Shown here in pieces: positions 50,400-61,420 of a stretch of DNA of 64,000 nt. The DNA is taken from contig CBDAPE010000019.1 of assembly GCA_965198325.1 (NCBI GenBank), positions 75,284 through 139,283 on the forward strand. Reading direction: 5' to 3'. The notes beneath the pieces were generated by a model. That model was given only the letters and a program-made list of their open reading frames with translations. It made no database searches and was not told where the DNA came from. Position 1 is the stretch's first letter. Each line of letters opens with the position of its first letter. The stretch comes from Alphaproteobacteria bacterium (GTDB lineage: Bacteria > Pseudomonadota > Alphaproteobacteria > UBA828 > JAPUJA01). Position numbers and translations under genes: made by a program.

Positions 50400-51845
50400 A
50401 TGAGCGTCCATGAGGCGTCGCGGGTGTTTGGTGTGGACCGCAAGACGGTCCGTAAGATGCTGTCGTTCTCGGTGCCGCCAGGATATCGCCGAAGCACGCC
50501 GCCCCGGCGACCGAAGCTGGATCCGTTCACGGGGATCATCGATCGGATCCTGGAGGATGATCGGACCAGTCACCGCAAACAACGGCACACTGCAAAGCGC
50601 ATCTTCGACCGTCTCCGGGACGAGTACGGCTTTACGGGCGGGTACACCATCGTGAAGGACTCCGTTCGCGAGCGGCGGCTTCGGTCACGTGAGGTGTTTG
50701 TGCCGCTCGTCCATTCCCCCGGTCACGCCCAGGCGGACTTCGGTGAGGCGATGGCGGTGATCGGCGGCGTGTCGCGCAAGGTCCACTTCCTTGCCTTCGA
50801 CCTTCCCCACAGCGATGGTTGTTTTGTGAAAGCCTATCCGGCGGAGACGACCGAGGCCTTTTGCGATGGTCACAATGCGGCATTCGCCTTCTTCGGCGGC
50901 GTTCCCACATCCATCCTGTACGACAACACCAAGCTGGCTGTTGCCCGGGTCCTGGGAGATGGCAAGCGGCCGCGAACGCGCGTCTTCACGGAGTTGCAAT
51001 CCCACTATCTGTTCGAGGACAGGTTCGGCCGACCGGGCAAGGGGAATGACAAGGGCAAAGTCGAGGGACTGGTTGGCTTCATCCGGCGGGACTTCCCGGT
51101 CCCGATCCCGCGGGCCGAGAGCTTCGAGGCTCTCAACGGTGCTCTCGCCGAACGGTGTTGCCGGCGCCGGGCCGCACGGCTGCGGGGTCACAAGGAAACC
51201 ATCAGCGAGCGCCTCGAACGGGACCGTCAAGTTCTCTTGCCATTGCCGCCTGCTCCCTATGATGCCTGCGACAAGCGTCCCGGAAGGGCGAGCTCACTGT
51301 CGCTGGTGCGTTACCGCGGCCACGACTACTCGGTGCCCGTAGCATACGGGCACCGCGAGGTGCTGATCCGCGGCTATGTCGACGAGGTGATGATCTCTTG
51401 CGGCGCCGAAGTGATCGCCCGGCACCGCCGGTCCTATGACAGCGCGGACCTGATCTTCGACCCGCTGCATTACCTGCCCTTGATCGAGCAGAAGATCGGC
51501 GCCCTCGACCAGGCCGCGCCGTTGGCGGGCTGGGACCTGCCCGATAGCTTCATCACCCTGCGACGCCTGCTCGAAGCTCGCATGGGCAAGGCAGGCAAGC
51601 GCGAGTACGTCCAGGTGCTCCGTCTGCTGGAGAGCTTCCGGCTCGAGGAGCTGACGGCAGCGGTCGACGATGCGCTCAGGATCGGCGCCATCGGCTTCGA
51701 TGCCGTCAAGCACCTGGTGCTGTGCCGCATCGAGCGGCGGCCGCCCCGGCTCAACCTCGAGGTCTATCCGTACCTGCCGCGCGCCCGGGTCGCGACCACG
51801 TCTGCCAAGTCGTACATGAGCCTGCTGCCGGGGCTCCGTGCATGA
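50400..51845 (+). pseudogene. istA: 5'-truncated istA
   Basis: Aligns to copy-1 IstA minus the first ~18 codons. Confidence 0.8.
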
Positions 51846-52605
51846 CCGACGCACCACAGCTGCTGCTCGCCCACCACCTCAAGACGCTCAAGCTTCCGAC
51901 CTTCCTGCGAGAGTACGACAAGATCGCCCGGCAGTGCGCCTCTGAAGGCGTCGACCACGTTCGCTATCTTCTTGCGTCTGGCCGAGCTCGAGCTGATCGA
52001 CCGCGAGCGCCGCATGGTCGAGCGGCGGATCAAGGCGGCGCGCTTCCCCGTGATCAAGAGCCTCGATAGCTTCGATTTCAAGGTCATCCCCTCGCTCAAC
52101 AAGACGCTGGTCCTGGAGCTCGCCCGCTGCGCGTACATCGAGCGCCGCGAGAACCTCATCGCGCTCGGCAACAGTGGCACCGGCAAGACCCACATCGCCC
52201 TCGGTCTCGGTCTTGGCGGCCTGCTAGAAGGGCCTCTCGGTCGGCTTCATCACCGCCGCGCTGGTCCACGAGCTCATCGAGGCCCGCGATGACAAGCAGC
52301 TGCTGAGGTTCCAGAAGAAGCTCGCCACCTACAAGCTTCTGATCATCGACGAGCTCGGCTTCGTGCCGCTGTCCAAGACCGGTGCCGAGCTCCTGTTCGA
52401 GGTGTTCAGCCAGCGCTACGAGCGCGGCTCGACCCTGGTCACCACCAATCTGCCGTTCGACGAATGGACCGAGGTGTTCGGCTCCGAACGCCTGACCGGC
52501 GCGCTGCTCGACCGCCTCACCCATCACGTCAACATCCTCGAGATGAACGGCGACAGCTATCGGCTCAACCAGAGCCGCAGGCGTCAAACCCCGACGGCGA
52601 ACTGA
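51842..52605 (+). pseudogene. istB: Frameshifted istB
   Basis: Extra bases near 51970 and 52212 and CAG>TAG relative to copy 1; split over three frames. Confidence 0.85.
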
Positions 52606-52799
52606 ACCGACCACCCAGCCCTCGCTTGACCCCGTGGGTCCACAGGTCCCCCCCGCGCGCACCGCCGCGTCAGCCTGTTGAGGGCACGTCGCGTTGCGCG
52701 CGGGGCCCGCCCATGGACTACGGGGACAAGCCCGCAGCCGCCAAGTGGTCCCTTTTTACTCCGCCACGGCGGTTGCTTTTTGCTCCGCCGTTGACAATT

Positions 52800-53050
52800 T
52801 GTTCCAAAGGCGCTGACGTCAGACACGAGAGGGCGTGATGGCCAGGTTCAGGGACACATCAAGACCCTGCAGAAATACGCTGCCGTCCACGCCTCGATCC
52901 ACAACCACTTCAACCAGGACCGTCAACTCAACCGCCGCGAGATCTTCAAGCAGAACCGCTCGGCCGCCCTGGCCGAGTGGCGTCAGTTGGCTGCCTAAGA
53001 GGCCTGGGTTGTAGGTTCTTCAGTTCCTATCCAGTTAGTCTGACAACGTC
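52800..53050 (+). mobile_element. IS6 family 3' remnant with right IR
   Basis: Encodes KTLQKYAAVHASIHNHFNQDR...AEWRQLAA; IR GTTAGTCTGACAACGTC 53034-53050. Confidence 0.8.
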
Positions 53051-53165
53051 TCTTGAGACTGTGATACGCGAGATCAGGGACGCTGAAAAACACGGACGGG
53101 ATATGACGAACAACCCCAATATCAAGAGGTACAGATAAGCGAGGAAACGACCCCCGCCAACTTTA

Positions 53166-53966
53166 CTAGCCGATCACCTGGACGTGGGCGGTCTCGCGTT
53201 TCGGATCGTAGTAGCACGAGTACGTCACGCGCTGCCATGCGCCGAAGACGTTCTGGAATTTCACGAGGTCGCCGGTGTACGCAATGGTGCCCTCGGTCTG
53301 GTTATCCCACCTCCAGCTCTGGAACTTGTGTTCCAATAAGCCATCGGTCCACTCGTAGTCATATTGCGCCGTGCGCTCTATGAGGTCCTGGCAGACTGCG
53401 GTTGCGCCGGCGATATGCCTCTCGTCCCAGCATTGGATATCCTGACGGCAGGACAGGTCCCTCTCGGCCTCCCGTTCGGCATCCGTCGGGGAGCCCCAGT
53501 CCGCCAGCCGGTCGGGGATGATCCCCCGATAGAGGTCCGACCATAGGGCCGCGCCGCAATCATCTCCTGACCAGCCGCACTTGTCCGGCGCATAGACGAT
53601 CCTGTTTCGGATAGACGAATCCTTTTCGTAGGAATCCCACAATCGAACGGATACCGCGTCCGGCCAGTCCTGGCGGTGCCTATCGACCGCAGCCTTCATC
53701 ATGGTCTCCAGCGCCGCAACGTCCGTCGTCGCGAGTTCGGACTCTATTTCCAAAGTGACACGATATCTGACGTTCCCGAACGAACTGTCCTTTTCCTCAA
53801 CCACCCGATAGGTCTGAGTGGCTACGGTATCCGTCGCTGGCTTTGGGTCGGATACCGCCCAGTTACCGTCATCCGGGTCGCTTTTGGCGAGGAACAAGAC
53901 CAACACAACCAGCCCCAGCGCGATCACGTATATGGTCCACTTGGTGAGCGCTCGCGAGGAACGCAT
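53166..53966 (-). CDS. Hypothetical membrane-anchored protein with Cys-containing extracytoplasmic domains
   Basis: N-terminal TM (IYVIALGLVVLVLFLA); YAPDKCGWSG; CRQDIQCW, EWTDG, KFQNVFGAW. Confidence 0.75.
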   Translation of the reverse strand: MRSSRALTKWTIYVIALGLVVLVLFLAKSDPDDGNWAVSDPKPATDTVATQTYRVVEEKDSSFGNVRYRVTLEIESELATTDVAALETMMKAAVDRHRQDWPDAVSVRLWDSYEKDSSIRNRIVYAPDKCGWSGDDCGAALWSDLYRGIIPDRLADWGSPTDAEREAERDLSCRQDIQCWDERHIAGATAVCQDLIERTAQYDYEWTDGLLEHKFQSWRWDNQTEGTIAYTGDLVKFQNVFGAWQRVTYSCYYDPKRETAHVQVIG

Positions 53967-54037
53967 GGGTTTCACCCCTTCTTCCGGTCGGTCATTTCGG
54001 CGATTATACCCGCCGCCCTCCCCCCGCGTCAGCCACC

Positions 54038-54320
54038 CAGACCTGCGGTCGTTGGCTCAATAACCGGGCGGAATACTCGCATCAACCGTTTCGAAGGCGG
54101 GAAGGGGCGATGGCGCGGTTCAGAGACATCAAGACCCTGCAGAAATTCGCCTCCGTCCACGCCTCGATCCACAACCATTTTAATCACGACCGCCATCTCA
54201 ACCGCCGCGATACTTTCAAACGAGACCGAGCCGCCGCCTTGGCCGAGTGGCGTCAACTTGCAGCCTGAGGTCGTTTGATTGTAGGTTCTTCAGTTCCTAT
54301 CCAGTTAGTCTGACAACGCC
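54038..54320 (+). mobile_element. IS6 family 3' remnant with right IR
   Basis: CGRWLNNRAE...RRREGAMARFRDIKTLQKF; IR GTTAGTCTGACAACGCC 54304-54320. Confidence 0.82.
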
Positions 54321-54431
54321 TCGCGTGCGCGTAGCTCTGAGCGATCCGGCGTTCAAGGTAATGCTTGATCCGATCCGACAGCGTGCTCAAGATGGTTGCA
54401 CAGCGGGGCCTCGGAAGCGGAGGGCGGTCAC

Positions 54432-54803
54432 ATGTCGGCGACCACATGCGGAAGGATCGGAGCGGGATGCTTGTTTACCTGCCTCGCTGTCGCCCTGGCG
54501 TTGGGTGGCCCTGCGAATGCGGGCTGCATATCGCAGACCTTGGGTGCCACTACCATCCACAATTGCGACGGTAAGATCGGCGTGTCACAGACGGTCGGTG
54601 ACACGACCGTTCACAATTTCGGCGGCAAGATCGGCACCTCGCAGACGCTCGGCGGTACCGCCGTCCACAACTTCGACGGCAAGCTGGGCACATCTCACAC
54701 AGTGGGCACGACCACCATCCATAATTTCGATGGCAAGTTCGGCCTGTCGCAGACTGTCGGCAACATCACCGTCTATAGCGGCCCGCTGTTCACCCGCCGC
54801 TGA
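54432..54803 (+). CDS. Small secreted protein built of 18-aa tandem repeats
   Basis: GGAGGG RBS, signal peptide ending ANA, 4.5 copies of SQT(L/V)GxTT(I/V)HNFDGK(I/L/F)G. Confidence 0.75.
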   Translation: MSATTCGRIGAGCLFTCLAVALALGGPANAGCISQTLGATTIHNCDGKIGVSQTVGDTTVHNFGGKIGTSQTLGGTAVHNFDGKLGTSHTVGTTTIHNFDGKFGLSQTVGNITVYSGPLFTRR

Positions 54804-54813
54804 GCCTGTCTGC

Positions 54814-54830
54814 GTTAGTCTGACAACGCC
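54814..54830 (+). mobile_element. Isolated IS6 right inverted repeat
   Basis: GTTAGTCTGACAACGCC identical to 54304-54320. Confidence 0.75.
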
Positions 54831-54923
54831 CTCAACAATGTTGACCCGCAGGCGTGGCTGGCGGAGGTCCTCGATCGGATCGCCGACCTGCCGCAGACCC
54901 GTTTGCACGAATTCCTGCCCTGA
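54831..54923 (+). pseudogene. IS66 transposase C-terminal fragment
   Basis: LNNVDPQAWLAEVLDRIADLPQTRLHEFLP* matches the IS66 TnpC C-terminal pattern. Confidence 0.75.
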
Positions 54924-55124
54924 CAATGCTCGACAGGAAAGTCAAAAGTGTGATTATATCGCAGGGAATAATCCCATTGGCGGCGGGTGACAGTTTTAGA
55001 AGTGATGCTGTCGGCCAATATCCCGGAGGCGGGTCTGTGCGTCGAGGCGATCCAGCCACCCGGCGAGCCATTGGTATCTTCGATCATTCTTTATCATGAC
55101 TAAGTTATAGAAAAAGGTGGCACC

Positions 55125-57626
<2,502 letters not shown>

Positions 57627-58013
57627 ATTGAGAGAGCCGGCGCGAGTGCGTTGTCAGAGCAAATCGGCTTGAGCCGCCTGGCGAGGTCCCTTAACGTCTA
57701 GGAATGAAAACCCCTTCCGATATTTCGACAGTTCACTCGAGATCCGGAGGCGCTGGTATCATCATCATTGGTATTCGAACTGGCGCTGGCACCTCGATGA
57801 GGTGTTCGTGCGGATCAACGGCGAAGACCTGCTATTTGTGGCGCGCGGTTGACCACGAAGGAGAAGTGCTCGAGGTTTTTGCCACGAAACGGCAGGATCG
57901 CAGGGCAGCACTCAGGTTTCTGAAGCGATGGAGTGGACGCCCCCATCCGACGGCGTCATAAGCGCCAGGAAGGAACGCACGCGGGGTGCGTTCGATCGAC
58001 GAAGGAGGCGTCC

Positions 58014-59051
58014 ATGGAGCAAGTTACTATCGTCGGCATCGACATTTCAAAGAGGAGTTTTCAACTTCATGGGGCGACGGCGGAAGGCAAGCCTGTGTTC
58101 GGCAAGAAGCTTTCGCGAGAAAAGCTCCTCGTATTCCTCTCCGAAACGCCGCCGTGCCTGGTTGTGATGGAGGCCTGCGGCAGCGCGCATCACTGGGGTC
58201 GACAGATCGTCGCTCTTAGTCACACGTGCAAGCCGATCCCGCCGATCTATGTCAAACCGTTTCTCAAGCGCCAGAAGAATGACAGTAACGACGCGGCCGC
58301 GATCGTCGAGGCGGCACAGCGCCCGACCATGCGGTTCGTGGCAGTGAAGTTGGAGGAGGCGCAGGCGGATGCAATGTTGTTCCGCACCCGCGCACTGCTT
58401 GTCCGCCAGCGCACGCAGACGATCGATTCACTCCGGGGCCAGCTGGCGGAATTCGGCACGATCGCGGCCCAGGGTGTGGCGGGCGTCGCGGCGATGCGGC
58501 TTGAGTTGGCAGAAGTGGAAGGGTTGCTTCCCGAACAGGTCGTGTCGATGGCCAAACTGCTGTTCGAGCAGGTTGCCGCACTCAGCCAGAAGATCGCCGG
58601 CCTTGAGAAGGAGATCCGTTCCCGGACCCGGGCGCGCGAGGACATGAAGCGGCTGATGACGATCCCCGGCATCGGCCCGATCTGTGCGATGGCGCTGCAT
58701 GCCTTTGCGCCGCCGATGGAGAGCTTCGGCCGCGGGCGCGACTTCGCGGCCTGGGTCGGGCTGACACCGCGGCAGCACTCGACGGCCGGCAAGCAGCGGC
58801 TCGGCCGGATCACCAAGATGGGGCAGCGCGATCTTCGCCAGTTGCTCGTCCTGGGCGCAACGTCGGTGCTCCGGCATATGCGCAAGCGCGAGAAGCTGGA
58901 TGATCCCTGGCTGCGGAGGACGATCGCGGAAAAGCCGCCGAAGCTGGTCGCCGTCGCACTTGCGAACAAGATGGCGCGCATCATCTGGGCGCTGTCGGTC
59001 GGGAAGGACACCTACCGGGCGTCAGCAGCGGTTGCCGCTGGTGCGGAATAG
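58014..59051 (+). CDS. IS110/IS1111 DEDD recombinase (345 aa, intact)
   Basis: GIDISK, VMEACG, KNDSNDA, IPGIG, PRQHSTAGK, ALANKMAR. Confidence 0.93.
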   Translation: MEQVTIVGIDISKRSFQLHGATAEGKPVFGKKLSREKLLVFLSETPPCLVVMEACGSAHHWGRQIVALSHTCKPIPPIYVKPFLKRQKNDSNDAAAIVEAAQRPTMRFVAVKLEEAQADAMLFRTRALLVRQRTQTIDSLRGQLAEFGTIAAQGVAGVAAMRLELAEVEGLLPEQVVSMAKLLFEQVAALSQKIAGLEKEIRSRTRAREDMKRLMTIPGIGPICAMALHAFAPPMESFGRGRDFAAWVGLTPRQHSTAGKQRLGRITKMGQRDLRQLLVLGATSVLRHMRKREKLDDPWLRRTIAEKPPKLVAVALANKMARIIWALSVGKDTYRASAAVAAGAE

Positions 59052-59367
59052 CTGCCTGGAAGAGGAAGCGTCTGTTTGGAATTGGAACACCGGGCTTCGC
59101 GGACACGCTCTTGAGGGCGTGATGCACGGATGACCCCGGTTGGTGCGGTTGGGACGAAAGACAACATAGGGGCAAAAGGTCAGAGAGACGGGGTCGGAAA
59201 AACCAGCATCTCGCGCAGGGCTGTCAAGCATACCGCTGAAGCGATCTGGATCCGATCCACGAACACCATATGGGCCCGCGGCGCATGCATGCCGCACTTG
59301 AGAGGCCGGACATACGACAGTACCTGACCGCATGTCACGAGTTGTTCAAATTCCTGCTTGCACTGCA
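59052..59367 (+). ncRNA. Putative bridge/seek RNA in 3' non-coding region of the IS1111-type element
   Basis: About 315-nt non-coding region after tnp containing CTGAAGCG and TCGCGC (target-matching) and ACATACGA and CCAT (donor-junction-matching); RNA boundaries not determinable. Confidence 0.65.
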
Positions 59368-59758
59368 GGGGGCGTCCACATACGCGCGATGAAGCGTTAT
59401 GGCCGTCCGGCTTCAGTCGTGACGGACGGGCTTCCGTCCTACCGGGCTGCGATGACTGTGATAGGCAACGCGGCCGCCCGGACCTGCGGTCGTTGGCTCA
59501 ATAACCGGGCGGAAAACTCGCACCAACCGTTTCGAAGGCGGGAAGGGGCGATGGCGCGGTTCAAGCAAGACCCTGCAGAAATTCGCCTCCATCCACGCCT
59601 CGATCCACAACCATTTCAACCACGACCGCCATCTCAACCGACGCGATACTTTCAAACAAGACCGAGCCGCCGCCTTGGCCGAGTGGCGTCAGCTGGCTGC
59701 CTGAGAGGCCTGGATTATTGGTTCTTCAGGCCCGATCCAGTTAGTCTGACAATGCCCG

Positions 59759-59775
59759 GTTAACTTGACAAAGCC
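59759..59775 (+). repeat. Orphan IS6-like IR identical in core to the MITE right end
   Basis: GTTAACTTGACAAAG also at 62542-62556. Confidence 0.6.
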
Positions 59776-59896
59776 TCATCGAGCACCGGCGCTTGCACCA
59801 CCGCAAGTCCGCCGCCTAGAATGATCAACCAGATGTGCGAGGGCCTCCGTTAGTTCTTCCGGCCATCTGTCTAAATTTATCTGATGATGGACACAG

Positions 59897-60586
59897 GTGC
59901 ATGGCGAAATTATTTTCAGATTTATGGACGATCAAATGGAAGTGATCGCCGAATCCACCGGGTTGCTGACCAGGGGTGGCCCGGTGATGCTGGTCCTCTT
60001 ACTGGCATCGGTGGTGGCGGTCGTGATTATCCTAGTCAAACTGTATCATTTCTGGCGCGCCGGTCTCGGCCATACCGAATTTGTTTCTCTGGTCATGCAG
60101 GACCTCCAGCGAGGCGAACGGGAGCGGGCCTTGCATGCGCTTGGCATCCGGTTTCATCCGGTCGCGCGCGTCATGGAAACCGCGATTCTGCTCGGGGACG
60201 ATCGGGAGCTGAGCTCGGAGGACCGCGAGGCTGAGATTGATCGGGTGGGCACCGCCGAGGTGCGAAATCTCGAAAGCTATCTGCGGGGTCTTGAGGTGAT
60301 CGCAAATTTGAGTCCGCTGCTTGGCCTTCTCGGCACGGTGCTTGGCATGATCAACGCGTTCTCCGAACTGGAGGCGGCGGGGAGCAAGGTCGATCCGGCG
60401 ATTCTTGCCGGCGGTATCTGGGAAGCCCTGTTGACCACCGCGTTCGGGCTCGTGGTTGCGATCCCGGCTCTTGCGGCCTATTACATGTTTGAAGGTCGGA
60501 TTGATACCGTGCGCGCAGCCATGAAGGACACCGTGGTCCGGGTCCTCGGGGTCACCGGGCGGGCCGGCAGGCTCGCGGTGGCCTGA
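59897..60586 (+). CDS. exbB: MotA/TolQ/ExbB proton channel protein
   Basis: SPLLGLLGTVLGMINAF, LAGGIWEALLTTAFGLVVAIP; start may be 59924. Confidence 0.88.
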   Translation: MHGEIIFRFMDDQMEVIAESTGLLTRGGPVMLVLLLASVVAVVIILVKLYHFWRAGLGHTEFVSLVMQDLQRGERERALHALGIRFHPVARVMETAILLGDDRELSSEDREAEIDRVGTAEVRNLESYLRGLEVIANLSPLLGLLGTVLGMINAFSELEAAGSKVDPAILAGGIWEALLTTAFGLVVAIPALAAYYMFEGRIDTVRAAMKDTVVRVLGVTGRAGRLAVA

Positions 60587-60603
60587 ATTCGGCGGGGCGG
60601 ACG

Positions 60604-61005
60604 ATGGATTTCACCGATCACGAAAGGACACGTCCGAAGCTCAACATCGCGCCCCTGATCGACGTCGTCTTCCTTCTCCTGGTCTTCTTCATGCTGGCAA
60701 GCTCGTTCGTGGAACCAAGTGCGTTCGACCTGTCGACGCCGCAACGCGACGCGGCGGCGCAGTCCGGTGGCGATCCGCTGGTAGTGGATGTTGCAGTTGG
60801 CGGCGAAATTCGACTGAACGGGCTTCTCTTGTCGACCGATCAGCTCGGCGCAGAGCTGTCGGAGCGGGTCGGCGATGTGTTGGAGCGGCCGGTTACGGTG
60901 CGTGCCGAGGCGACCGTGTCGGTGCAGCACTTAGTCTCGGTCATGGATCAGGTGCGTGGTGCGGGTCTCAAGAACGTACTGCTCGCAACCCCGGACACAC
61001 GCTGA
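60604..61005 (+). CDS. exbD: ExbD/TolR family protein
   Basis: LNIAPLIDVVFLLLVFFML. Confidence 0.9.
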   Translation: MDFTDHERTRPKLNIAPLIDVVFLLLVFFMLASSFVEPSAFDLSTPQRDAAAQSGGDPLVVDVAVGGEIRLNGLLLSTDQLGAELSERVGDVLERPVTVRAEATVSVQHLVSVMDQVRGAGLKNVLLATPDTR

Positions 61006-61015
61006 GCGGTCGAAT

Positions 61016-61420
61016 ATGGAATTCGCGGGGCGCAAGCCGTTGAGCGGTGGCGTCAACTTGGTGCCGCTGATCAACATCGTGTTCCTGCTTCTGATCTTCT
61101 TCATGGTGTCGAGCACTTTCATTACACCGGACGAATTCAACATCGATCTTCCGGAGTCCGAACAGGTGCAGGTGAGCCAATTGCAGCCGATCGTCGTGCT
61201 GATCGGCGTCGACGGCGGCCTCGCGCTCAACAACCGGGAACTTGATCTCGACGATCTCGAATCGTCCCTGGCCGCTGCGCTTGCGATCGATCCGGATGCG
61301 GAGGTCCTAATCAGAGCCGATGCGGAGGCGACTACGGCCGACGTCGTCAACGTTCTCAGACGCGCCCGCGCAGTGGGCATTGAGCGGGTCGCCATGGCGA
61401 CCCGCGAGGCTGTCCGGTGA
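61016..61420 (+). CDS. exbD: Second ExbD/TolR family protein
   Basis: NLVPLINIVFLLLIFFMV (N in place of the usual TM Asp), IRADAE. Confidence 0.85.
   Translation: MEFAGRKPLSGGVNLVPLINIVFLLLIFFMVSSTFITPDEFNIDLPESEQVQVSQLQPIVVLIGVDGGLALNNRELDLDDLESSLAAALAIDPDAEVLIRADAEATTADVVNVLRRARAVGIERVAMATREAVR

Larger units (their letters stand above)
50399..52796 (+). mobile_element. IS21 family element, copy 2, lacking its left end and istA 5' end
   Basis: Begins inside istA right after copy-1 right end; right end ...CTCCGCCGTTGACA at 52796. Confidence 0.88.
57926..59382 (+). mobile_element. IS110 family, IS1111-type element
   Basis: 12-bp subterminal IRs GTGGACGCCCCC (57933) / GGGGGCGTCCAC (59368-59379), 7 nt and 3 nt from the ends; removal restores IS6 frame FLKRAMKRY; no TSD beyond CG core. 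Confidence 0.9.
57647..59756 (+). mobile_element. Degenerate IS6 element interrupted by an IS110-family insertion
   Basis: Left IR-like GCGTTGTCAGAG, WRWHLDEVFV/YLWRAVDHEGEVL, then after the insert AMKRYGRP..VTD..NNRAENSH; right IR 59740-59756. Confidence 0.85.

Noticed and set aside
50186-52838. Small ORFs in IS21 end regions (50186..50539, 52464..52838, 52584..52826)
   Set aside because: They lie over IS21 terminal repeats and istA/istB and are non-coding by-products.
54490-54780. CRISPR array from the 54-bp periodicity
   Set aside because: Repeats are degenerate, in-frame coding units with no spacers and no cas genes.
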